This document shows, piece after piece, positions 12,183 through 23,376 of a stretch of 64,000 nucleotides of DNA. The translations under genes and the position numbers were made by a program. The stretch is from positions 93,246 through 157,245 of the forward strand of contig CDMY01000236.1 of assembly GCA_001179505.1 (NCBI GenBank), written 5' to 3'. Below the pieces are notes generated by a model. It made no database searches, was not told the origin of the DNA, and was given only the letters and a program-made list of their open reading frames with translations. The DNA comes from Vitrella brassicaformis CCMP3155. Lineage: Eukaryota; Protista; Chromerida. Each line of letters starts with the position of its first letter. Position 1 is the first letter of the stretch.

Positions 12183-13683
12183 GTCAGTCAGTGATTGCAT
12201 GGGGGGCTGTGTCTGTCTGGCATGTCTGCATTGCAATGGGGGGCTGTGCAGTGCAAAGGCGTTTCGTGTGAGCACGTAAGTCTTGACGAGAGTTGGGGTG
12301 GGGTGGGTTGGGAGGGAGGGAATCTCATCGTGTTTTGGTGTCCTATCTAGTATCTCCCTGCATGTCGCTCCTTCCTCGTGGCGCATACAGTCAGTGCGAC
12401 GATTATCCATCATCGCCGCGGTGGTTGCCTGTGCTCCGGGAAGAGGCGACATGCAGTGAAGGTGCTGTCGCATTTGGACCGCTGCTCGGCGGCATCCATC
12501 CATTAACAGGGGGGAGGCATGAATACTTGTGGCTGTGTGTGTGAGTGCGTGTTTGTGTCTGTGTGTTGGGGTAAGCTGCTCGGTTGGCTGCTACACTGGT
12601 GTTTTTTGGCGCGACGCGCAGCTGCCTTTCTCTGTATGGGTCGTGTGGTGCGTCGATCTGGCTGATGATTGATTCGCCTGCTTGGTGGCATGCGTCAAGA
12701 GCGGGCTGTTTTCGTTTTGCAGTCACCAACAAGGCTGCAAAAACGATTGCGCATCGCCCGTCTGTTTGTACCTTTTTGCGTGTGCTGTTAGTGGCGAGGT
12801 TTTGCCCTGCGTGTCGGGCAGTTTTGACGCCCTGCGGCTCAGTGCGTGGGACGTTTTCCGCTCACCAGTTTTCCGATGGTTGCACGTGGTGTAGTGTGTG
12901 TATAAAGCTTGGATGGCAAAGGGCAAGAGGGCTGCGTGGGGCTCCCTTTTTCCTGTCTCCTGTACAGACAGACACATTCCGTGAGTCCGTGTGTGTGTGT
13001 GTGTGTGTGTGCCGATTTTACAACGCCCACATCACACACCCATCAACCAACCCATTTTCTGGTACGGCTCGGCTCCTTCTTCGCCACACTCTCTCTCAGG
13101 GCCCTCAGCGCGTGTATTGTAAGCACGTGTGTGAGGGTGTGTCACTGTCTAGCATGCTGCATTTCCATCCGTCCATCGAGCCATCTCTCTGTCTATCTGT
13201 CTGTCTGTCCATCTTTCTTACCACCAAGTGGAGGATCGAGGGATTTCACATTTTCCTGCCTTGGCCCCGACCGAATGTGCCATGATCCGTGTGTCCATAC
13301 TCACTGCTGCACGTTTCTAGTGTCGTGTTCTCAACGCGCGAGAGAGAAGAGGCGAGGGGGGAACCATCCACACACGTGGGACGAGGGATGGGACGCCATT
13401 TTGTTATACGTCGTGGAAGCAAAAAGACCCTTTTGTGAAAAGTCCACCCCAGTGATGGATGTTTTGCGATGCGAACCGAGATCACCCAATTCATTCCCTA
13501 GTCACGTATGTACAGACTGTACGCCCACAATGCACCGGTGGGCCGTCTGCCTCCCTCGATCCGTCCATCCACTGCACATTATCGACCACCATGCACTTCA
13601 CTCGTGTCGTCCATCCACATCTGGTATGCCGGCAAAGGCCCCCTCCTCGACTGCATCTGACAACAAAAACAACACGACGACAC

Positions 13684-14865
13684 CTAATTAGTTGCGATAC
13701 ATACAAAGTCCCTCCGATGATGTGTCTCACCGAGGCCCCCATGCAGGACAAACCGCACCGGCGCGAAAGGCAGGTCGTTGAAGGGCAGTGCGTCAAACAT
13801 CGTCACGCTGCCAGAAGGCAAACCAGACACTGTGGCCGCCCCACCGTCACCCATACCGCTCTCGCTCAGCATGCGTCTGATGACCTCCAGCCGGTCACTT
13901 CCATCGCGCAATGCGGCGATTGGGGTGGTTGGCGGTGCTGCAGTTGGCGACGGAGTGCTCTTGATGGCCCTGTACGCGTCGAGTGAGCGGTAGAGCCGCT
14001 GATGGAGGGATGTGGCCAGCTTGGACCATTGCCTGGACGTCTGCTTGAAGTGTGCGAGAGCCGAGCAGAAGTGGTGTCGAGTGGAAGGGATCTCGCGCAT
14101 CAGCTGGTGCTCGTTGAGGAGGAAACCGAGCTTGTGTGCCTTGTCCATGGTAGCCTTGCACTGGCCCCACAGCCAGACGCAGTTTTCTTCTTTGACAGCT
14201 ACGGCCACATGCACTCTCCTGCCCTCATTGCTGCCCGACGCACCAGTAGAAGGCACCTCCACGTCCACATAAGACCGATACTGCACCCATCACACACATC
14301 CGCACACACGCACACATTACCGGCGGCCGGTTGCGCTGCTTGCACCATCCACATGCTTACTTGTGGGTCGCAGAATGAGCATGACACCCCCGTGTAGAAC
14401 TGCAGAAGGCCACGGGTGCAGTTGTGGAGGTCCTCAAACAGGTGGGCGAAAGAGCTGCCAAACTCAGAAGACAAGCCGCGAGCCGTCCTTGTGAGATCCA
14501 AACCCAGCTCACTGATCAACACTGAGGAAAAGAAGAGCACAGCACACAATGGGCCATCCCGTTCTTGTTTGTTGTGGCGCACCAGCAGCAATGTTGACAC
14601 GGACAGCCAGGGAGGCGATGAATCGAGGCCTGCAGCAATCGGGCTGCCCATTCCACTGCCGACACAAAGAGAAGTTCGCCGAGCTGACCGTCGCCACGTC
14701 AAAGAAATAAGGGAAGGCCGTGTGGTTGAGCCATTGCACTGAGCCCTTGACAATGGGCGAGTCGCACGTCACGCCCTCATCGTCGGGGGGTGGCGAGGGA
14801 AGCAGCTTTGCGGCTGTCCTGGTGGCCCAAGCAACAAAGAAGAGCCATGGCACGAGGGGTTTCAT
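13684..14865 (-). CDS. Secreted Cys-rich protein with a folate-receptor / NPC1-N-terminal-like domain
   Basis: Signal peptide MKPLVPWLFFVAWATRTAA. Spliced Cys pattern LCRQWNGQPDCC...HNCTRGLLQFYTGVSCSFCDPQ|...VKEENCVWLWGQC. Two GT-AG introns. Confidence 0.6.
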
Positions 14866-15057
14866 ATGCAGGCACTGGAACAGCGGCAACATGATTTACG
14901 ATCGCGTTGTAAACAGGGGCTGGTGGAGTGTGTTTGTGTGTGTCTGGGCCAATAATATGACCGGCGAATACCATCTCTACCTACTAAAGCCTGCTCACGT
15001 GCGTCCACATGCATGTATCGACATGCCTACAGCCACGATGTCTGTTTGTCTGTCTGT

Positions 15058-16526
15058 CTACTGGAATTGGTTCTTTCCGATGAAGAAGTTAGCGCCTCTT
15101 AGCTCCAGCCCCTGAGACGACGCCCACTCATGGGCCTGCCGACAGCAACCAGGACACACACATCGACAACACGCATGAGATAATGTCGCTGGATGAGTCT
15201 CACTCACTTTGAAGTTTATGCGGTTCCTCGACCGCGGCAGTGGCAGCAGCGGTGGGCTGTCGTCCTTCTTCTCGTATAACACAAACACGTACCTGATGGA
15301 TGGATGCATGGGCAAAGAAGCAACCAACAGAGCCATGCACTCGATGCATCGATGAAGCTTGTGTTGACTGACTGACCTGTGTGGCCCTGTCTTCGGCGGT
15401 GTCCTTGGCGGCACGTATGGCGTCTCGATGATGGTGCCTTGGCCGAGGGACACACCTGCACCGAACACACACCAAAACGTCTGCATCAGGTAGGGACACA
15501 CAGCTGTGTGCGCAGATTTACACAGACCTCTGATGTTGGACACAGCCCAGTGAAGGAACTCCCTGTACTTGGGATTCTCCCCTGACACACATGAGCCAAC
15601 CAGCATGACCAACGCGCACGCCCGTCCTCTCATCTCATTTGAGAACGGCTTCCGTACTTGATGGGGCATCCTGCGCCATGGCACACGGACAAGGAAAGCA
15701 GAAATGACGCCGAAAGAATGAGCCAGCGGATGTGCAGAGAATCAATCGTCTTACCGGGTCCGTTAGGAGCAGCACATACGATGACCCTTCAGGTGGCGGC
15801 TTGTCCAACAAGAGACCTGGAGACCGCTCAGCATCTGAAGGGAAGGAAGTTCAGGCAGCACCCATCCGTCCAGCGTATGCATGGGTAGCTAGCTGTTCGA
15901 GCACCATGGTGGCTGTGCTGTGTGACCCACCTACCTGTCATGCTGATCTCGTTGCCGAATTCCACAGGCACCGACAGTTGCCGCCCCACGAAGCCGGTGT
16001 TCAGGTCAAACCTCACCCGCACCCAGCGGTCAGGCTCAAACTCAGGGATCACATCAGGGATGATATCAGCCTTCCGCAGATCATCAAGCGTCTCCCGCAG
16101 CGTCACCTGGCCCATGTCCAGATCAGCGTCCGACAGGTCCAGCAGCTCACGCAGCCACCTCTCCAGAGCTGTCGTCCGGAAGTTCAGCGGCTGCCATGAA
16201 CGAGGCGACAGCGCCACATTCCCACCGGGGCCTTCAGCACCTTCAGAGGCCCTCGTGATGTCTGCCGGCTGGACGATGGCTGGCGGGTCAACAGGAACAG
16301 GCGGCACCTCTGATGGCAGCAGCATGAGCCGAGAGTGCCTGTGGATGGGGCGGGGAGGGGCCCCAGGGGCGTGGAATGGGTTAGCAGGAAAGATCATTGC
16401 GAGGAAGACAGCGAGAATGAGCCCTGGCGGGCTGAGGATCATTGAAAGCGCCCCCTTGATGATGGAGTAGAGGAGCCGAATCATCTCTGCCGGCGATTCT
16501 TCGTCACCTTGCTGCATAATCTCCAT
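15058..16526 (-). CDS. Phosphatidylethanolamine-binding protein (PEBP family) with an N-terminal hydrophobic segment
   Basis: Spliced IIPDVIPEF, YVLLLTDP|DAPS|RENPKYREFLHWAVSNI, PPKTGPHR|YVFVLY and GANFF. These are the PEBP signature motifs DPDxP, HW and GxHR. Confidence 0.9.
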
Positions 16527-16783
16527 TCAGAAGCGGTGCCATGTGGCAGATCTTGATGAGATCACGGAATTCGAAAACGCCAATGGGACAACCAGTCTAA
16601 AGGCTTCCTCGTGGCCGTGAATACAATGGTCTGCGTTGAGTTCTGGCGAATGCGCCGGAAGATGGGGAGCTCGCAGTTCTGAGCGCGCTGCTTGGCGAGG
16701 TGCGGTAGGTTTAGAGAAACAGCAGGTGCCTTTTCCTTGCTGTGTGTTGCCAATTCGGCGCTCTGCGCCCTAGGCTGCGTCTC

Positions 16784-18031
16784 ATGGCGGAAGCGGCCAC
16801 GTCTGGAGATGTTGCAGCCACCGCACACCTTAGGGCTTCTGATGACCAGACCACCTCGGGCTCATCGGTTTCTTCCCAGTATCCGGCAGTGATCAAGCCG
16901 TTTCCGCCGCGTCTGCTCCGCCCGCCATGGCAGGGGCAGAGCAGTGATGTGGCGGAAGGGCCGAAAGATGATACGTCAGGTGAGCCGGAGGTCAGACAGG
17001 ATGTGCAGTACATGATCACTCACCCGGGGCTGTCCCTTCTCTCCTCACTCTCAGGTTCATCCCAGAAGCACAACGGGAGCAACAAGGCGGAGTCCCCCAC
17101 GGTTTGGAAGCCCTCCAAAATGCCGATCATTCTGCCAGGGCTATTGCCACGGACTGTCGATGGGGTGGTGGGGGGCGGTGCATCGGTGACGGGCACCGCG
17201 ACAGGGGCGTCGCGTGACACTCGCGGCTTTGGGTTTCCCCCAGTGCCTCTCTCAGAGCATGGAGGGCCCACAGGTGAGGAGGGACGACAGGCAAGAGATG
17301 GCATGGCCAGCGTTGTGACGGTGTGGTGTGGTGTATCCGTTTTGCGTGTAGGTTCGAAGCGTCACGCGGCGACCCCTCCTGCGCTAGGGAACCTCACCCC
17401 CTCCCCGTCAGCAGCGGCCTCCTCGCCCGACACCAATCGCAGCGCACCCCCCGGCAGGCCCCAGCAGCGTCACGCCAACAAGCTGGCCAGGAGCTCCAAG
17501 ATCTCCATCTCGCCCATGCCGGAGGTGGACAACAACAACCACCGCCAGCCAGCCGCCAGCGGCATCAAACGCCCCCACACACAAGGCAGCGGCGACGCGG
17601 GCCGGTCTCAGAAGCGGCCGGCGGTCACCCCCCCACAGCCCAAACAGCCAGCACCCGTCAAGCAGACCGACGGCCAAGCGGCGAGTAGCCCGCAGCGGCC
17701 GCCCAGTGCCGTCCACGGGGCCACCATGTCGCTGCTGCAGACCCTCATGCAGGAGGAGGGCGCCACGCGGTCTCTGATGGCCCAGCTAGACCAAGGCGGC
17801 CCGTTGACACCTTCACGTCAGGGCAAGGCTGACGACGGGCAGGCCAAGCGGTGGGAGCAGTGTGTGAGCTCGATCAACACGAGGGCCGACTTCTTGTACC
17901 TGCTCAAGAGGATCAAGAGGGACGACCCGCCCATTCATGCGTCGCTGGTCGAGTATCTGCGGGACAATGGCCAGGAGGTGCCGGCGGACACGGAGTGGGA
18001 GGAGGAAGGAAATGCCGCACACCGAGAGTGA
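16784..18031 (+). CDS. Uncharacterised low-complexity (Ser/Pro-rich) protein with a short helical C-terminal domain
   Basis: Long ORF with a probable in-frame intron near 17273-17351. C-terminus RWEQCVSSINTRADFLYLLKRIKRDDPPIHASLVEYLRDNG. Confidence 0.55.
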   Translation: MAEAATSGDVAATAHLRASDDQTTSGSSVSSQYPAVIKPFPPRLLRPPWQGQSSDVAEGPKDDTSGEPEVRQDVQYMITHPGLSLLSSLSGSSQKHNGSNKAESPTVWKPSKMPIILPGLLPRTVDGVVGGGASVTGTATGASRDTRGFGFPPVPLSEHGGPTGEEGRQARDGMASVVTVWCGVSVLRVGSKRHAATPPALGNLTPSPSAAASSPDTNRSAPPGRPQQRHANKLARSSKISISPMPEVDNNNHRQPAASGIKRPHTQGSGDAGRSQKRPAVTPPQPKQPAPVKQTDGQAASSPQRPPSAVHGATMSLLQTLMQEEGATRSLMAQLDQGGPLTPSRQGKADDGQAKRWEQCVSSINTRADFLYLLKRIKRDDPPIHASLVEYLRDNGQEVPADTEWEEEGNAAHRE

Positions 18032-19082
18032 CTAGCCCGCACCTCGGCGTATATCACAAGGTGAGCAGAGGGTGGGTGGCATCTGGTGTGGGCTCTTCTT
18101 ATCAAGCTCCTTTTCGGTGTGGCGTGTCTGTTGTGTCAGGTTTTGCGTGGAAGCTCTGCTTCACCCTTGTGTTCAAGACAAGACAAGACAAGACACCTGT
18201 CTATATTCATAAGTGTAGCATAGCTATTGTCATCTATCCGGCGGCCGGTCAGCGTACCGTATGGCGAAAACGTCACACTGTCTGGGGGGTATGGGGGATG
18301 GGGGAGGGAGGATGGGAGGGAAGCGGAGCACGGGTGGGTAGGGGCTTCTCCTGTTTTGTACGTCCCTCTGTATACCGTGTCGATTGGTATGTATGTGTAT
18401 CTTCTGGCTGAGATGTTAGTCCGTGCCTTGTCTGTGTCTTGGTTTGACCTGTGGTGGGCCGAGGACAGCAAAGCCCATCGAGATGCTGAGGGCTGCATCC
18501 TGATGAGCTCAGTCGTGCTCGGCCCACCTCAGACAGGTGAATCCAACAACAGGCAGACAGACACGATAGGGATGGGAAGAGAAAGGACGCGGAATCTGCT
18601 TATCTGCTTCCGCTGGCTACTGGCTGGCTGGCTGCCTCTCTCGTGTGCGTGTTGCTTGACGCGACAGACAGCCCTGTGGGAGCAGGGGAGCTTGTCCACC
18701 CTTTTAGATGAGCTACTCTGTTCATCATGCGGGGTGGCTCATGGCAGCAGCGTGCACGGGATGATATGAGCACCTACCTAGTCGTGGTGTATGTGTGAGT
18801 GGACGGATGGTCATGACTGAATGAGTGGTGGCTTCTACTAGCTACTGAAGACGGTCAAGCAGGCTGTACACCATTCAATGATAAGTGACACATAGGCACT
18901 GACTGCCACATAACATCACACACGCAACTGCACATCCGCGTGAATGAATGCCACACGCGAAAGCTGACAAATACATACGTCTGCCTAGGCTATCGCCGTC
19001 AAGGCTCGTCTACTCATGACCTAACACCCGAACACCCGGCCGCTCAGCTGACACAGCAGGGCGCCTTCCATTGCAGCCCTGC

Positions 19083-22000
19083 TCATTCGTCACACGCACC
19101 CCAATCAACGCCCTCGGCCCACTTGACGCGCAGCGGGGGGAGATAGGCCGGCAAAACCGTCCCAGCGGGCTCGATCGGGGCCACAGGCACCACCACCATC
19201 CTCCCCTTGCCCTTTCCGGGGAGAGGCGTGGCGTTGTTGATGGGGCTGTATGCGGCCAGGTGCTGGTGGAACGGGTAAAGGGGCAGCTGCATGCCGGCCA
19301 TCATGTCGTCCCATGCGTTGGTCAGCAGCGGGGAGATAAGCTCGCGCAGCATGTCGATGTGCGACCTCCTCACCTCGATCAGCAGCTCGTCGTGGAGGTT
19401 GAGCACCAGGTTGGCGTCGAGGGCCGGATGTTCACGTAGCGCGTCAGCGACCCGGAGGGTGGCGAACTTCATGACGTCGGCCGCGCTGCCCTGGATGACC
19501 ATGTTGCTCGCCTGCCGGTCCACCCGCGGCCTGTTGGTCACCCGCTTCCTCTTCTCGCCATCCTTGGCGCCTCTCGCCGACACCATGTCGGGGAAGAACC
19601 GCTTGCGGCCGCCTATCGTGCTCACGCATCCCTCCGTCCGCACCTGGTACTTGCAAAACTCAAACAGCTGCCGCACACGCGGGAAGGCCTCGAAGAATCG
19701 CTCGATGTGCGCCTTGGCGGCGGCGCGGTCCATCATGGCCTGTTGCGCCAGCCCGTCGGCCGTCTGGCCATAGAGGATGCCGTAGGTAACCTTCTTAGCC
19801 TCATCGCGCTGCTGGGGGGTCACCTGGTCAATGGGCACGCCGAAGAGTCGCGAGGCGGTCTCGCGATGGACGTCGCCGGTCTGGATGGCCGCCAGGAGGG
19901 AGGTGTCGAGACTCAGCCGCGCCAGGATGTCGATCTCCATCTGACGATAATCCACAGCCACATAGACCAAGGGGTCGGATGACGAGTCGTTGCCACCCGC
20001 GTCGTGTGTGAGGGAGAAGGCCTGGCGGACGTTGGGGGGGATCTGCTGCAGGTTTGGCCGCTCACATGCGAGCCGCCCGGTGCCTGTGCCGGTCTGTAGG
20101 AAGGAGCAGTGTATCCTGTGGGTGGTGTTGGAGACGTGACGCTGAAGAGGCACCACGAAGCCGCTGTCCTGCTTGGAGATGTCGCGGTGATCCAAAATCA
20201 GGTCAATGAACCTGACAGACAGACCAAGGGAGGGAAGGGCAGCACATGAAGGTAGGTACCGTACCGCATGCCTTTCTGTGTGCTCAGCTGGGGGCGTGTG
20301 TCGGCTATCTCACTGACCTAATGGCTCGATGTATCTCCTCGTCCGTCTTGTTCTTCACCACCCCCTCCCCGGCCTCAGTATCCCGCACCTCACCCTTTCC
20401 CCTGGCATCCACTTCCTCCTGCAGCCTCTTTTGCAGCTCCTTGAGCGCATACACAGACGTGGACTTGTCTGTCTTGGGCGCGTTGGCCTGCTTGAGACGC
20501 ACCGAGGGCATCCCGAAGTCATCAAACAGCACCTGCCCCACTTGTGCGGGCGACCTCGGGTTGAACTCGCGACCGGCAAGCTCGTGCAGCTCCCCCTCGA
20601 TGACGTCCGCCGCGCTGCCCTCTCCTCCTTCCCCACCGCCCTCCTTTCGCCCCTCGAGCCTCTGGAGGACAGTCACGTTGAGGGGCATCCCTCTCTGCTC
20701 CATGGCAGCCAGCACCGGGATCAGTGGCCGCTCTAATCTCTCCCACAGGGACCACAGCACCGCATCTCTCAGGCGACTCTCGAGAGCGCGCCACAGAGGG
20801 ATCAGAGACGTGGAGGGGTCGGGGGCGTCAGGGGCGTCAGTGGTGGGAGAGTCGGGGAGGTATGTGGCCATGAGCTGTGCGAGGGGCTGCCGATGCAGGT
20901 CGGGCTCCAGAAGCCAGGCCGCCACACTGACGTCGAAGCACCGGTCGGCCGGCAGAGGCGGCATGCCCATGGCCTTGAGCCCATGCAGGACGCTCTTGAT
21001 GTCGTCACTCACCCAGAGGGTCGACGGACCAGACAAAGCGGCCGCCAATGAGGACGCAATGGGTCCACCAGATGACGACAGGAGGGCCGGTGACAGCGAC
21101 ACATGGCAGATGCGGCCTGATGGTGTGGGCAGCGGAAAGGATATGTTGATGTGCAGGCGGTCCACATCCGGCGGGTACTTGAGAGGGAGGCTGGGAGCCG
21201 CTGCGGCCGGTTTGCTGCTCTTGCGCTGGCGGGTCGACGGCGGCTTGCCGACAAGCGCCTCGCTCATGAGGATTGACGCCACAGGCGATAGCATACCATC
21301 CTCCAATACGGCCGCATCGTCCGAAAAGGACACAGCGGATGGGTCGCTCTCCTCCACAGCACGCATCAAGGATGACAGGGAAGAACCTTCTTCGCCTGTA
21401 TCCTCCATGACGTCTTCAGGGGCCGACTGGCGGTTGGCGGCCGCATCTGGCCATCCGTTGAGGGAAGGGGCGGCCTCCCGCACTGAAGGCGCGTGGGTCA
21501 CATGGTCGGTGGGGACGGTGAGAGGCGGCACCACGGGGTGCTGCCGCGAGAGACTCGCAAATCCCCTCGTCTGCATCGAGATGGGCGCCGCGACTGAGCT
21601 GTCGGCTGATGCTGGCGCCGCATTGCCGATCCTTGGCGTCGGCGGCAGCATTCCCACTTCGACGAACTGCCTCTTGGTTCCCTTCATCTCGAGCTCGTCC
21701 AGCAGCTGCGACAGCTCCTGGGCCTGAGGAGGGCGGATGAGGTAGTCGGTGAGAGAGGAGGAGATGGGCAAAGAGGTGTTGAGGGTGGTCGTCTGCAGGG
21801 TGCGGCGGCACTGGGCCATCCTGGCATCGTCTTGCCGGATGGTCCTCAGCTCCAAACGCACCTTACGGCTCACATGGGGGTCGTATCGCCCGTGCTCCAA
21901 CACACCCTGGAGAGAGAGCCACACACACAGAGAGACAGAGAGAAAAGGTCATACGTTTGTCGCGTCCCCTTTCCCCTCTGACTGACACCCTGCACTGACT

Positions 22001-23143
22001 CACCTCGAGGTTGCCGTGTTGTTGCAGCAGTTTCTGTGCCGTCTTGGGCCCCACGCCCTTGACGCCCTCCACAGAGTCGACGGAATCCCCCACGAGCGCC
22101 AGGTAGTCGGGCACCTGGTGCGGCTCGATGCCCAGCTCCCGCCGCAGCCTCTCGCGGGTCATCGAGTACTGGTAGGGCCCTCCCGCCTTCCACCCCCTCC
22201 CCCCTGCAGGCCTGTGCGGCAGCAGGCACTTGACGCGGTCGTTGACGAGCACCTGCCACAGGTCCTTGTCCGACGACAGAATGAGGATCGACGATATCAC
22301 GCTAGAGAGGTCTTGTTCGTCCCACTGGTCCAGCAGCTTCTTGGTAAGGGTGCCAATGACGTCGTCGGCCTCCCATCCCTCGTACTTGACGCCTATAAGC
22401 TCGTCCGAGCCAATGGTGGGGATGCCCGCGAGGTCGAGCAGCTTGAGTGCCAGAGGGAACTGCACGGTGAGGTCTTCTGGCTGTGCGTCGCGGTCCTTCT
22501 TGTAGTCGGGGTATATCTCCTTCCTCTCTCTGTGTGAGTCCTCGCCCTCCAACACCGCCACCATGTGGTGCGGCTTGTAGTGCCGCACCAGCTTCAGCAC
22601 CGACTGAGCCAGCCCGTAAACGGCCCCCGTCGGCACCTCTGCCGTCGTCCGCAGGTCCTTGAGCGCCCAGTAGGACCGCACAATCATGCCCGCCGCGTCG
22701 ATGATCACAAAGGGCGGTCTGGAGGCTGAGGTGGACTCTGCCGCGGCTGATTGAGCCGTGAGGGGGAGCCATGAGGAGGATGGCTCTGCCGGCAAGGAGA
22801 GTCCATAACGTGACAGGGCAGTCGTCCGTCGGCCATGCGCCAGTGGAGGGATCCCAAAACAGACGGGCGACCGCCTGACGCGGCCGGCAAAAGCCATTGC
22901 TGATGGATCTGGTGGTCTCGCCAATGCAGAGATCGATGAAGCCATTTGGCAATGCATCGGCGCCCGAATGGCTCTCGTTGGTGACAGCATCGACAGAAAC
23001 CACCCCATCACGACGACCAGGAGACGATAAGGGCAGCAGCGTGACGCTCTCCTCCTCAGCTCATGGTGATCTTGTCCAGTCACCGATTCCCTCTCGGGAG
23101 AGGCCGAGGGTGGACAGATGTGCGCTGAAGATGGACGATGCAT
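19083..23143 (-). CDS. polA: Family A DNA polymerase of Pol I type (5'-3' exonuclease + degenerate 3'-5' exonuclease + polymerase), probably organellar
   Basis: 5' nuclease motifs IDAAG, YPDYKKDR, EADDVIGTL, SSDKDL and LVGDSVDSVEGVKGVGPKTA. Polymerase motifs TGRLACERPNLQQIP, A (VDYRQMEIDIL), B (RDEAKKVTYGILYG), QGSAAD and C (LHDELLIE). Two introns (~21911-22000, ~20211-20310). In-frame ATGs at 23143 and 23008. Confidence 0.95.
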
Positions 23144-23376
23144 AACTGATCTAAGTCCTGATGCCCTTTCCGCGATGAATGCATAGCTTCCCTCTGCCAG
23201 GGTTCTCTTTCCAAGCTCGCAGGGTTTCTCGAAACCCGAAACCCTTAACCGCTCTCTCTCATCGCGTGACACTCCCCCCACTTTGTTTCGGCTCCTTTTG
23301 GCACAACACAGAGATCGCCAGCAGCCCCGATGAGTAGGAAGCGCTGAGAAGCTGCTTTCTTTTGATTGATTCATTG

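Noticed and set aside
11958-12503. His-rich minus-strand ORF (HHEHHHH)
   Set aside because: It is the antisense of the Val-rich transmembrane tail exon of the dehydrogenase.
13684-14286. Kinase-like VAVK...NE..LMRE in the ORF track
   Set aside because: No HRD/DFG motifs. After splicing, the segment completes a secreted Cys-rich domain.
18444-18492. SECIS-like element (TGAC...AAA...GA)
   Set aside because: Helix II geometry and AA position are wrong, and no upstream in-frame TGA selenoprotein was seen.
18500-18530. Hammerhead ribozyme core CTGATGAG
   Set aside because: A stem II is possible (GAGC/GCTC), but there is no following GAAA and no stem III/UH, so the core is incomplete.
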